Made by a program: the position numbers and the translations under genes | Part shown: positions 50,335-63,654 of the stretch, piece after piece | Layout: each line of letters opens with the position of its first letter | Position numbering within the stretch: the stretch's first letter is position 1 | Origin: Chiloscyllium plagiosum | Taxonomy: Eukaryota | Assembly (NCBI RefSeq): GCF_004010195.1 | Contig: NC_057753.1 | Location: 7,803,304-7,867,303, forward strand | Length of the DNA stretch: 64,000 nucleotides | Direction: 5' to 3' | The notes under the pieces: generated by a model | The model's input: only the letters and a program-made list of their open reading frames with translations | What the model was told of the DNA's origin: nothing | Database searches by the model: none

Positions 50335-51700
50335 AAGAACAAAGAACGATACAGCACACGAACATGCCTCTCTGACATCCAAGGTATTGCCGACAAAGTT
50401 TGCCCTCCCATAATAAAAACTGTTTTTCTCAATAGGATCCACATCCTTCTATTGCCTTCCTAATCATGTATTGTCTTGAATAATACTATTATGTCTGCTT
50501 GCATCACCTCCTCTGGCGATGTGTTCCAGACTCTGAAAACCCTTTCTGCAAAAACCATGGTGCGCACATCTCCTTTAAACATGCCCTGTTACATCGGCAT
50601 CATAAAACTGTGCCTGCATACAATTGACATCACCAGCCTGCGAAAATGCCTCACATTTTACACTCTATCCATACCATTCTCAACCTTTTAAACATCTTTC
50701 TGGTCGCCTCACAACCGCCAGTATTCCAGTGAAAACAAATTCATGCTCTTCACAGCGAAAATCTCCCATATGAGGCAACATCTCGGCAAACCTATTCTGT
50801 GATCTCTCATCCACATCCCTTTGGAATTGCCTTGACCAGAACTGTATATAATATTCTATGTACAGCCTAACTAAATTTCTCTAAAGTTGCTGCATGACTT
50901 CTCTGTCTTTCTACTTCATGTCCGTCCAGTGAAGGCAAGCATGCCATATGTCGTTTTACTATCTTATCTATCTTTGCTGCCACGACGAGTAATGTATCGA
51001 CCTACACAACCAGACCCCTCTGCATATCAATTCTCCTCAAGTTTCTGCCATTCACTGCACAGTACGTAAACTTGACCTCCCAAAGTATATCATCTCGCAT
51101 TTGTTTTTCTCGATTAAACTCCGTCTGCCAAGTTTCTGCACGTCTCCAACTGATCTTTTTCCTGCTGCATCGTCAGGCAATTCTCCTTACTATCGGAAAT
51201 CCCAGCAACCTTTGTATCGAATGCAACCTTCATAATTAGATCAGCTACGTTATTCCAAAATCATTTTGTTCAGACGACGAACAGCAGACGTCCCAGCACT
51301 AATCCCTGTGTAACACCACTGGTCTCAGTCTTCAATTCCGAAAAGTGTCCCTCCATCACTACCCTCCGTCTCCTATACCAGTTCTGTATCCGTCTTGCGA
51401 ATTCATCCCCGAAACTAAACCACCTTTTGTGCCAGTCTGCCATGAAGGACCTTGTCAAAGTCGTTATTGAAGTCCAAGTGGATAAAATCAACCACGTTTC
51501 CTTGATAAATCATTTTCGTCACCTCCTCAAAAACTCGATCAATTTATCTTACCCGCAGATAACTATGCTAATCAAACAATTTCCATCTAAATCTTTGTAG
51601 ATTTGTCCCTTTGAATCTTTTGTATTTATGTCCTGAACAATGACGTGAGGTTCACAAGCCTGTTCTTTTTTGGATTTAACTGCGATCACTCTTAAGCAAG
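50335..51700 (-). mobile_element. CR1 fragment, decayed
   Basis: TSGVTQGLVLGRLLF; aagaacaaagaac tail. Confidence 0.8.
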
Positions 51701-52679
51701 GGGACAACATAGGTGATTTTACTCGTAGACTTCGCAAGGGGTCAAATAGAATGCGAACATGTCCGTCAATGCTGCATCAATTTGCTCTCTCGCATTCTTC
51801 AACATTCTTGGATAAATCTCTGCATTATGTTTTTTTTCTGCTTCCTCAATTGTTTCTTGCTTGCAAGCATCTATATTGTACTTGCATTCAGTTGACTGAT
51901 TTTTGTTTTGGTTGGAATTAAAACTGATCGCAGCCAACACTAGAAGAGAACTTTTTTTGTGACATCATTGAATAATGTAGAATATTATTCGTCATTGGCA
52001 CTAGCTGTCATGTATTATTTGGACTATTAGCCACTCAACAATTGCACTGCTATTGGGTGACTGAATACTTTCTAACCTCTGACAGGTGAAATAATGAATT
52101 TTCAAAGCACTTGTCTTTGTACTTTTCTGTTCAGTATGAGACATCATTGGAAACCTCCTGTCAATCCCGTTATTTGTAATAATTCTTTCAGATACTGATT
52201 AATACGCTTTCTCAAGCACTATTCTGGGAAACAATATTTCGATTGCTCAGTTTTATAAAATGGTCTGACCCATAATCACGAAAAATAGCCTGAGGATGAC
52301 CAATGCCTTAATTCATGTTGCATGTTTTACAGAACACAAAGTGGCCATTTGACAAATCTGGGTAATTACTTACTTATGGCTCTCCACGTGCCACTCTCCA
52401 TATCCATTTCTCAATGATTGTAAGTACTCCCTTCCATGTCAGGCTTCTTAATCCGAATGCATTGTTACCTCTTCAATTCTTTTCACTTGCACTACTCGTG
52501 GTGGCACCGATATCTATGCTCTCACCGATATCTATGCACAAATCATCTTCTAGTTGTATTTACAGTTATCTCCAAAATTTTGATGAATTTCAAAATAGGG
52601 CAAGTTCATGTGTGGAAATAACTTCTCACCTTTGCTCTCGCCATTGTTTGATTACTTTAATGCACATTTCTCATAAAGT

Positions 52680-54400
52680 CATTGACTCGCAGAGCTCTGA
52701 CACACAGAAGTAGGCCCCTCTGCCCAAACTGGTCGATATGTTCCAAGATATCCATCCACCCAAAAACCATTACCCTGAATTTGACCCATATCGTTCTATC
52801 CCTTTCCTATCCATGCCCTTTTTCCCCAAATGCATTTTAAATGATGCTAATGTACATGCATCAAACACTTCGGTTCGCACCTCAGCACATATGCATCCTC
52901 TCTGTAGAAACGTTGCCCCGCTCAGGTTCCAATGTATTCTTTCCCATGTGAACTTAAACTGATCCACTGTAGTTCTCGATTCATAAGGACGAGGAAATGG
53001 ACTGAGTGCATTCACGCTTTTCTTGCCTCTCATGGTCTGATACACGTCTGCAAGATTCACCCTCATTCTCCTACGCTCAAAAGGGAAAAAGAAAGGCTAA
53101 GCTGTCGAAACGTTCCCTGTAACTCAGTTCTTTGAGTCCCGGCAATATCCTTATTTTTCTCCTTCTGCACTCTTTCCAGTTTAATAACATCCTTCCTAAA
53201 GCAAGATGACCAAAACTGAGCGCAATGCTTAAGTGTGGCCTCACCAACGTCCTTTACAACTGCAAAATGTCTTCCCAACTTCAAAACACAATGCTCTGAT
53301 TGATGAATGCCAGAGTGATAAAATCCTTCCTCATTGCCCTGACTCCACTTTCAGAGAACTGTAAACCAGAAATCTAATTCTCAAGGCCCTCCCATTCACT
53401 ATGACAGTCCTACCTTGATTTGAATTTCCAACATGTATAACCTCAAGCTTATGTATAGTAAACTCCATTTGCCATTTATTGGCCCACTTCCTCAGCTGAC
53501 CAAGGTGCTGCTGCAATTTCTGACAATCTTTCTCACAGTCCACGGCACCGCCTATTTACGTGACATCAGCAAACCTTCTAATCATGCGTTGTACATTATC
53601 ATCCAAATAATTCATATAGAAGACAACCAGTCATGGGTGCAGCACCGACCGCTGAACGACCCCACTAGTCACAGGCCTCCAGTCTGACAAGCATACTTTG
53701 CTATTTCCCTCTGCTTCCTCTCTTCAAGTTGGCCAGTTAGCCCTAGATTCCATACCACCTCTTCTTCCAGAGAAGCGTGACATGTGGAACCTTTTCAAAC
53801 GCTTTACTGAAATCCGTATAGACTACGTCGTCCGCACTGCCATCGTCATTGTTCCTGGTTACTTCATCAATGAGCTCTAACAACTTTGTGAGCCATGATC
53901 TCCCACTCACAAAGTCAAGCTGAGTACTCCTAATCAAACCCTGTCTTCAAAATGCAGGTATATCGTATCTCTCAGAATCTTCTCAAGTCACTGATCCACC
54001 ACAGAGGTTAAGCTTACACCTACTTCTTTATTCTGCTCAAAGCCTCGACATCCTTGTCATCCAGCGTTCTCTATTCCTGCCATACTAAACATTCACCCTC
54101 AAAGGAACATGTAGACCTTGACCTCTAGCTGCCTCACTTTTAAGGGCCTCTCATTTGTCAGAGATCCCTTTGCAAGCAGATACAATACTCGAATCAACTC
54201 CTGCAAGCTCCTGCCTAATTCCATCAATATTCGCCTTGCCTCCATTTATAACTTGCAACTGTGGACCAGTTTTGTCACTCTACATCACTATATTTAAAGT
54301 AATACAACTAAGATCATTGCTCCAATACTGTTACCCCACTGTCACCTCCGACACCTGTCCTGTCCTGTTTCCCAAGAGTGGGTCAAGCTTTTCACCTTAT
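52680..54400 (-). mobile_element. CR1 fragment(s), decayed
   Basis: DFSKAFEKVPH, KWQMEF, CAQFWSSCFRKDVIKLERVQ. Confidence 0.85.
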
Positions 54401-54972
54401 TTTGATTTTTTCCTTATTTTATGTGGGAATAGTGCCAGGACATTGCAGGTTTGCATGTGTCCCATCCTCTTTATAAAAGGAGACAGCGAAAAATAAGAAA
54501 CCAGCTGCATAAAATGATGATTGTGCAGATTTCTAGAGAACACAAAGAAGGTTCACAATATTTATTGCTTATTGACTTTGTGTCATGCTGCCTCTATTAT
54601 TAAGTGTCCTGTTATTAAATCTTTTCATGACCTTTAGACATCCTTCAGAACACTGAGACCACTGCTTGGGATTAGGGGGAAGCAATTCTGTCCCCATGTG
54701 CCTTTCCCACAGGGACAAGAAGTCGCCGTTCAGTTCACTCAAGCCTATTACCTCTTGAGGTTTTCAAAATCTGGAATCGTGACAAATGTGCTGAAGCAAA
54801 TAATCCAAAACGTGGAGCAATACACCTGCAGCTGAACATGCTTTACTCAGAGGATAGCCAAAGTATATTGTGATGTTTGCATTTCTATAACTGAGAAGTG
54901 AGGGACTGCTTTCAGATACAGTTTAAAACTGTTCATAATCCATCGGTTGCTGTGTCACTTAATGCCATCAGT

Positions 54973-55520
54973 CTGTTACAGATGGACTGGAAGAAGTCAT
55001 TCTTGATCTGTTATAGCTGAACAGAAGGAATCCATTCAGCCTTTTGAATCGGGTACACAGGAACAGGAGGAGGCCATTCAACCTCTCAAGCCTGTTACAC
55101 AGGAACAGAAGGAGGCCATTCAGCCTCTTGAGTCGGTGCACAGGACCAGTAGGACGCCTTTCAGCTCCTTGAATCTGTACCACAGGAATAGGAGGTGACG
55201 ATTCAGCCTCTCATCTCTGTTACAGAGGAAGAGGAGAAGGACATTCAGCCTCTTGATCATGTCGCATAGGAAAAGGAGCAAAGCATTAAGATATTGGAGC
55301 CTGTTTCACAGGAGCTGCAAGAGGCCATTTAGCTTCTTAATTCTGTCATACAAAAGCAGAGCTAATCAGTATGCTTAATCACTTTAAAAAACACAAATAT
55401 CCCCTCCAGCTATTGTTTACAAAACAGAAGAAAGGCCTTTAGGCAATTGATGCCGTAAGAAACGTCAACAGGCCATTCAGTCTCTCATTTCCATTCCACG
55501 GGAAGAGCAGGACATCAACA
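54973..55520. repeat. Degenerate 42-bp minisatellite
   Basis: About 9 clear units of consensus ctgttacacaggaacaggaggaggccattcagcctcttgagt, fading to the right. Confidence 0.85.
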
Positions 55521-56071
55521 GCGATTCGAGCTTGTTGCTTACAAACTTGGCAGATGGAAACAAGCTAACAACATTTAACTGCTCAAGTCGGACACTCAGG
55601 GAAATGTAGAGGCCAGTGAGCCTCCAGGATGTCGGTATGCTCTCCACCAGTATGACACACTGGGAGAGGAGGAGAATTGGTTTATGACGAACAGAAATAT
55701 GTGAATAAGTCGCTTGACTGCCTATTCAATCCTGCATCACCATTCAATAAGACCATAACTGATCTGATTGTAACTCCCCATTCCAAATTACATATATTCC
55801 CTTCTCTGCAGACACTATTCAATTTGCTGGTCATGCTTCCGACCCAGATACTACAACTGCAGTCACAATGACTCATACAAAGTAGGTCATCAAAACCTGT
55901 GATATTTCTGAATTTTCACAGTGGCTTAATTTACATCCTGCAGAAATCCATCCAAAACATCTCTACTAATTTTCGAATACCCACTATTAAGTCTAACATC
56001 AGTCACCTATAACTTAGAAGCCTGGTCTGCATCAGTCACAGTCGAGTGGATTTCTCATGCGACTGAACAAA

Positions 56072-56389
56072 TTAGTTTAGTTTAGTTTACTTTACAGTGT
56101 GGAAACAGGCCCTTCGGCCCAACAAGTCCACACCGACCCGCCGAAGCGTAACCCACCCATACCCCTACATTTACCCCTTACCCAACACTACGGGCAATTT
56201 AGCATGGCCAATTCACCTGACCTGCACATCTTTGGACTGTGGGAGGAAACCGGAGCACCCGGAGGAAACCCATGCAGACACGGGGAGAACGTGCAAACTC
56301 TACACAGTCAGTCGCCCGAGGCGGGAATTGAACCCGGGTCTCTAGCGCTGCGAGGCAACAGTGCTAACCACTGTGCCACCGTGCCGCCC
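56072..56389 (-). mobile_element. Full-length young HE1-type V-SINE
   Basis: Minus strand: gggcggcacggTGGCACAGTGGttagc (A box), GGTTCAATTCC (B box), intact V-domain, CR1-type 3' stem-loop, (ctaaa)n tail. Confidence 0.95.
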
Positions 56390-56929
56390 ACAATGTTCAG
56401 TAGAGAGTGACGAAAACTGGGAATCAGTAGAAAGGCACAGAACAAGTATCAAAAACGTGTCTTAAAGGTGTTCCAACCCCGCCCCTTCCCAACATGAAGT
56501 ATTATGCAGGACACCACGAAGTGAAGGGGAGTGAAAAAAAGAACACTTGCCTCTGAGTTTCTTAACGGTCGAACTCGTTATTCCAGGTTGACTGGCACCA
56601 AAGGCTAATAAAACATATAGGATTTCTTTTCACGTTAAAAGTGAACAATTGCTTAATGGACAATAATTTGGGAAGCGAAATGGATTCTTCCATTAGATGT
56701 GTAATGGGCTTCTGTTGCCATTCTGTTCAGTAAGCTATCTCTAAGCAGGTTTGAATGCAAAAAATTCATTGTTAAGGAGACTAAACTTACAAACAGTATT
56801 CCAGCTATAATACCACTACGATCATCTCCAAACACAGCAATATACCAGGGTCTTTATTCTTGATTGTCTTTGGAATAAACAGCAACAATGATACGGAAAT
56901 TTTGTAACAGTTTTAACAACGAGGGCGTC

Positions 56930-57190
56930 TTCCATTTAAGACGTTTATGAGAATTATTTCCTCTCGCAGATGGCAGTGAGTGTTTGGGACTGTTTCCCAG
57001 ATAGCAGTGGATACAGAGTCGTTGAATATTCTGAAGTTGGAAGAAGACAGGTGCAGGACGATCAATAGGATCATCGTTCAGCCGTATAGGGGTAGAAAGA
57101 ATATGAAACTAAAAAGGCATCCAGATTTTCCATGTTATTATTGAACATTGGAGCAAGTTTAGAACGTTTAATGGCCTACTCTAGCACATT
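56930..57190 (+). mobile_element. CR1 3' fragment, decayed
   Basis: Ends in ttgaacattggagcaag...aatggcctactc. Confidence 0.6.
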
Positions 57191-57199
57191 GTTCAACAA

Positions 57200-59700
57200 G
57201 ACTATAAGACGTAGAAATGGAATTAAGCCATTGGCATATTGCGTCGGCTCCGCCATTCCATGGTTCTCAACTTCATTCTCCTACGTTTTCCCTGTAACTC
57301 TGAATACTGTTACTAATCAAGAACTTATATTACTCTGACTTGAATAAACTCAATGGTTTGCTCTCCCCAAGCCGCTATGACAATGCATTCCACAGACTGT
57401 CTAACTCACGCTGAAGAAACTCCACCTCATGTCAGATCGAAATAATCGTCCCTTCACTCTGAGGCTACGTCTTCCAGTCCTCGTCTCCAGTAGTAGTGGA
57501 AACATCTTCTCCAAATCCACTACATTCCGACCCCTTAATAAACTGTAAGTTTCAAACAGATCTCAACTCATCATTCTAGACAGCATAAACTGGAGATGCA
57601 GAGTACTGGACAGCTCCTCATATGATGATACCTTCATCTCCTGGCTCATTCTTCTAAACCTCTTCTAGGCACCTGCCAATATAAGTACATCTTTCCTGTC
57701 ATACAGGGCCCAAACTGCTCAGAATATTCCAAATATGGTCTGAGCAAAGCCTTATACAGTCTCAGCGATAATCTGTACTCCACCCATCTTAAAATAAAAG
57801 CTAACATTGCTTCTGCATTTCCAACTGGTAAATGAATCTGCATGTTAATCGTAAGAGAATCCTAAACTGGGACTCCCGAATCCATTTATGCTTCATATTC
57901 TGGAAGTCTTTCAATATTTGGAAAGTTGTCTAAACCTTCATTGCTCTGACACCAAATACAAAATGTCATGTTTTCCCTCACTGTATTCCATCTGCTACTC
58001 GCAGTCCAAGTCCTTCTGCAACCTCCCTACTTTCACAACGCTACCTGTCCCTCCGGCTATCATAGTGCCACTGGCAAATCTAACGACTATGTTCAAAGTT
58101 CGTTAGTCCAGATCGTTAATGGAGCATGAATAGTTGTTAGCCCATCACTGACCCCTTTGGAAATCCACTCGACTCTGCTGAAAAAAAAGTCCTATCTTTT
58201 CCCCACTCTCAGCCTTCTGCCAGTCAGTCAATATTTTATCCATGGAAATGCCTTGTCTCTAACACCTTGGGACTCTTGATTAATTGGCAGACTCCTGTGT
58301 GGCAACTTGTGAAAGATCTTCGAGACATTCAAACAGATCACGCTCACTGGCTCTTGCTCTCTAATTACTCGTTACCTCTTAAAGGAATTCAAAAAGATTT
58401 ATCACGCGTGACGTCCCCTTCATGAAGCCATTCTGACTCTGCACTACATTACTGTGCACTTCCAAGTACTCTGTATACTCCGCCTTATCAATGAACTGAA
58501 AAACCTGTATCTTCCTTTCTTTTGACTCCCCACTTCTGAAACTGGGTCACCTTTCAGTCCTTTGTGTGCCTTCCTGACTCCAGTGATTCCTCAAGGATCA
58601 CCAACAGTACTTTTCACAATTGCCTCAGCTATCTTTAGAAGACTTTTGGTATATAGTGCGGGTGATTTATCAGCCTTCAAATACTTCAGGTCCTCAAACA
58701 GATTGCCTTTATTAATAATCAATGCAGTCACCTTTTCTCATGACTATCTTGAATTTCCGATAAGTTGATGATGCATTCCACTGTGAGCATTGAGGCAACG
58801 TGTACGTTCAATTCCTCTTCCATTTTTTTTCCTATTAAAGCATCTTCAAAAGCACTTTCCACCTGCTCCATGTCTGCTGTTGCTTCTGTCTTACATTTTA
58901 GATGTCTAAAGAAACTTTTGCACAGTTATGTTTTGATCACCAGCTAACAGGCGCTCATAAATCTTTCCTACGATATTGTTGCTCTTTGAATTATCGTCTG
59001 ACGTTCTTTTAAATTCTTCCAAATCTTCTCGTTTCGTCACTCATCTTTACCACATTATATATTTTTCTCTTCAGTTTATGCTGCCCCTGACTTGCCTTAT
59101 CACCCTAGTTTGCCTCATCCTCCTCTTGATATGTTTCTTCTTCTTTGGAATGAATCTTTGCTTTGCCATGCGAATTATTCCCCAAAACAACTGCCATTAC
59201 TGCTCCACCGTTTCCCCTACTCGGCACTCTTTCCAAACAACACGGAACAGCTCTCCCATCAGGGCTTTGTAGTTACCTCAACTCAATTGCCCTCCAGTGC
59301 ATCTGATCAAATGACTTTCTTCTCAAACCACAGGGAGAAACCAACCATAATGTGGTCACTGCCCCTGAGAAGTTCATTTACGTTAGCTTCCTCATCAAGC
59401 CTGCCTCATTGCACATCACAAAGTCCAGAATTCCTTTATCGTTCGTTCGTAGTCTCTATAGCAAGGTGCTCTGAATGCACAAACCGTAGGCATTCTTTGA
59501 ATTCCATTCTTATGATCAGCTTACAAAATGATGTTCCCAGACCACCTCCACAAAGAAATCCCCAGTCATTATTTTAATGGTGCATTTATTCCGTACTTTT
59601 TCTATCGCTACTTTATTTTCTATCCCATATCCTGACGACTGTCTGTATTTCAGCACACAGCACTAACAAGGGTCTAATTTGATTAGCGAATTCTCAACTC
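57200..59700 (-). mobile_element. Long decayed CR1
   Basis: LRLYKALLRPYLEYSEQF; RT- and endonuclease-like remnants continue to ~59.7 kb. Confidence 0.75.
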
Positions 59701-59782
59701 TACACTCACGCACAATTTCGACGCCTCCGACTCATTCGTATTTCCCAATTCCTTTAATAGGCGAACTCTCCTCCTGATTCTC

Positions 59783-62700
59783 TGTAACATACAAGTGAGG
59801 GCTGACTGACTTATTCCTGAACCAGGATGACAATTCCTAAAGGAACAATGGCACCCACCTTTTCTTGTATATTCTACTAAAGTGGTTGAAAGATGTTCTG
59901 CTTCTCATTTAAGCAGCATTCAAAAACTAGATGATCTCCTACTATTTGTGTGTCTCGTTATAGAGGGGAAGACTGATCTACAGACTTTCTTGTCTTATAC
60001 TCCTGTTGCGAAGGTGTAGCGGGACTGTCGCTTTAAGAAAGCACACAGAGTCAGGAACAAGGTAAAACTTTGTCGAAACAACTAGCAGCAGATGAGGTGG
60101 CCATGATGCAAAAGCAAATGCAAATTCGGCCAATCGTTTTAAGTTATGCACAAAGCTCCAAAATCTAATCAAATTTGAATCTAGTATTTTGATAATATTA
60201 AAACCAATGAACCGATCCGATGTTTTGGAGTATAAAACGGGACATATTTTAAAAGTTAGGGGGAGAATTGCCAAGGCATCAGCAAGTACAGACTACCAGC
60301 AGGGCAGCTCTCTGAAAGGGACCAGTCCATTTGAAGTACCTGTTATGAAGTTAGTGCTGCAGAACATTGGAAAAACGACTGACGAAAATCTGCAGAGAAA
60401 GATACAACGAGAAGATTCGAAAGATGGCTGGTTTTGAAAGTTGATTTTTCTTTCGTAAATCTCGATATTGTTGAGTGGGGACGTGAAAGACATATTTAAG
60501 AGAAACGAGTTTAAATCGTTTTTTGTTTTAATATTCTCTATTGGGCTTAAATGATAAAGTTATTAATTTTTACTTTAAATAGTGACCCATCGGATAGCTC
60601 TTTGTCTCTCGTTTTTTTTAACAGATTACAACATTTGTGCTGGTTTAAATTAGCAGAGGGGATTAACCCATGTCATAACAGTTTTCAGGCTTTCCTCCGC
60701 GATTTGAACCGTTTAGACAGATCCATTCTGAGACTTGGATAGATTTGTGGCATTAAAAAGCATTGTAGATTTAAACACTTGCAGGTTAGTGTACGAGATC
60801 TTTAAATAAAACGTATGTAAGGCAACTAGTTCAATTTGGGGAACCTGTTGTTGACTAACTTAGAAGTGAGAGAAATGGCTCTTAAAATTGATAAAGAGGC
60901 TTTGTCACTTCAGAATGATTCTCAAAATTGCTAAGACTGTTTAGAATGATAGAAAGACGTCATAATTTTAGAATTGGCAAAGAAGTTCGATTTAGGTTTA
61001 ACCAAGGACAAAAGTAAGCTGAAGTTATTGGGGAGATACTTAAACATTGATGTGTGTCAGAGAAACAGACAAGTGCAGTAGAGGTGGAAAACTTCAGCTA
61101 CAATTGAGGAAAATGGAGTTTTAAGATAAGTAAAGGGGGGGGGGTAGAGAGAGAAAGGTTTCTTATCTGAACAAAGAGAAAGAATAAACAAAGGGAGAGA
61201 GAAAGGGAAAGATACAGAAGTTTCTTAGCTGAGCAAAACGGGAGAGAATGTGAACTTGATATGTTTTGACTTACTCAGCGAAGCCAAGTTAACAGGATGG
61301 AGATTAAATGAGAGTGTAGTGATACTTATAAAAATGTCAAAACACTACTACATTTTGATGATAAATATGTTGAAGCCTTATTTCGTTCATTTGAAAAATT
61401 GGGTAGGCAGATGGAGTGGTCCGAGGATTTATGAGTAATGCTAGTTCAGACGAAACCAGTAGTCAGAGCTAGTAAGGTATTTGCCGTGCTGTCAGATGAA
61501 GGGTCAAGAGATTATGAAGAGGTCAAACAGGCCATCTTAAGTGCTCAGAAATTGATATCAGAAGTACACAGGCAGCGGTTTAGAAACAGAAAGAAGGACC
61601 AGGTCAGACTGAAGTTCACTTTGAAAGATTTAAACGTGATTTCGCTCGATGGGTGCGAGCTTTAAAGATCCATAGGACCTGTGAGACTCTAAGAGAGATT
61701 AATCTGCTGTCGGAGTTTGAAGACTTACTTCCATACGAAGTAAGAATTCAATTCGAGGCTGTGAAATTTCAGGAAGTGAGAAGGGCAGCAAACTTAGCAC
61801 ATGAATACCTGTTGGTGCATAAGACAAGATTTCGGCCAGAACTTTGTCCAGTGAGGGATAGATGCCGGGAAAAGGGGGAGATCATAGACTACAAAATAAC
61901 AAGCAGAGAACTCTGGTAAGAGTTTAACACAGGTTAGAAAAGAAGCGCAAGTGGGTGGAAAGGAGATGAAAGGCCCCAAGTGTTTCCACTGTTGTATAGT
62001 GAAACATCTAAAGTGACAGTCCTGATCGTTAAAGAAAGGCACTGTGGGAAAATATGTGGTAAATGAAGCTAAGCCAGTGGCACTAGTGAAAGTAGAAAAG
62101 GAAACCACAAGAAGAAGCGAGGAGCTGCAGGAAAAGGTTCAAGGAAAAGTGCCATTAAAAAAAAAAACAAGCGGCAATCAAGTTTGTGTTTAGTATATTG
62201 ACAATCTTAAAAGCCAATGACACAATCCGAGGCTTTGGGGGTATAATACCGGGAAAACCTAAACAGTTGAGAGAGAACTGCCAAGCCACCAGCATGGACA
62301 GAGTGACCGAGAAATAGCTCTCCTATAGGTACCGTTATCTATCAGTGACCTGTGAAACATAACCCCTCGGAGGAAGAAAATAAGACTGACGAAGATACAA
62401 AGAGATGTTTCGACAGTTGGCTGGTTTTGAAAATTGAATTTTTGGTGAATGTTAATTGGGTGGTTTCATCAGACCACTAGAGTGGAAAGTTAAAGATATG
62501 TTAGGAAGAGGAATTTAAATTATTGTCTGTTACTTATTCGCTGTTAAACTTCCATAAATAAAGTTGTTCATTATTACTTTAAATAGAGACATTTGGGATA
62601 GTTCTTGGCCTCCCCAATTTTTACAGATTATCGCACTGTGTACGTCTTTCTGTGTTACAGTTTCAATTAGCACAGGGTGTTTACTTCGTTTCGGAACAAC
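59783..62700 (+). mobile_element. Gmr1-like Gypsy element: 5' LTR (59783-60680), gag, no pol, second partial LTR (~62180-62700)
   Basis: LTR tgtaaca...gtcataaca followed by a decayed PBS-like tract. gag RSFEKLGRQMEW, DYEEVKQAILSA..HRQRFR, LREINLLSEFEDLLPYEVR and a KCFHC knuckle. The right-hand LTR shares gccaag..cagca and tggctggttttgaaa blocks. Confidence 0.85.
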
Positions 62701-62824
62701 TGTTTCCGGCTGTTCCACCGCTGTCAAAAATATTGTTTTCGTCACTATGTTTTTTGCAACGTGCTTGTGTCAGCCAGCTAATAGCCTTCCTCGATGTAAT
62801 TTAATTTACCTTTGGATTTCTGCT

Positions 62825-62915
62825 GTGGACATGCTGGTGTTGGATTGGGGTGGAGAAAATCAAAAATCACACTGCAAAAATTTATCATCTAACAGTGTAT
62901 TTGAAACGTTCTTAC
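62825..62915. repeat. Single arm of the 35.4-kb palindromic family
   Basis: tgtggacatgctggtgttggattggggtgga...aaaaatcacac, compared with tgtggagatgccggtgttggactg at 35380. Confidence 0.55.
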
Positions 62916-63654
62916 TCAGGTTTTACGTAACAAATATGCATTTTCGAAGTAGTGCATAAGAATAAACTTCCATGGTATCCATACAATTCAATCATTGTGC
63001 ATGTGGCATTTTCCACAAAATAGAGAAAAGTCTCTGTTCTTTGACACAACATTGAAGAATTCCTAAACAAAATGGCGTTGGGTTTTGTGAGAACCAGGTA
63101 GCACTGGAAAAGGCGGTCATGTTCAATCTCGGTGGGGAGGGGTCGGGCGGGAGGGGGCCGGTGTGTGACAAGGTTATGAGTGGAAGTTGGAAAAACGAAG
63201 TCTGTGAAATCAGTATTAGTGCAATTTTACCCAACAAGCATTAACATCTTCGGACTTAATTTTATCTGGTATTATTGTTTTTAAATTAGCAGAATTGAGA
63301 TAATAGCTGCCACAACGTAACCTAAGATTTCAAATGCATAGAAATGAAACAACCACCAGAAAAAGTAACCAAGAGTTCAATTTAAAGGAAGACAATGATA
63401 TTAAATCATGCCGAACACAAAAATAATTATAATGAATAGATTTCTAAATACTGCAAAGTTACCTGTTAGAAATACATTACCGCTAAAATTACCTAAATGA
63501 TTTCAATATTTGTATTTCTATGTTTTATTAGTTTCCGAACTGGAATCATAACTGAAATTTGCTTATTGGTCCTGCCCCACAGAGCACAGGTTTGAGCGTC
63601 AGATTTCTCAGACTATCGGAAACAACAGAAGAACATTTGCAATCGTCTGAAGTC

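Noticed and set aside
54973-55520. Possible CRISPR array
   Set aside because: Units are contiguous degenerate repeats without unique spacers, there are no cas genes, and the DNA is vertebrate.
56300-56389. tRNA gene
   Set aside because: The A and B boxes belong to the SINE head; there is no complete cloverleaf.
56791-56867. Minus-strand exon-like segment (RPWYIAVFGDDRSGIIAGILF|gtaagt)
   Set aside because: It has a good donor but an in-frame TAA, charged residues in the would-be TM segment, and no convincing partner exons.
63125-63170. GC-box cluster as a promoter
   Set aside because: No associated exon or CpG island is visible.
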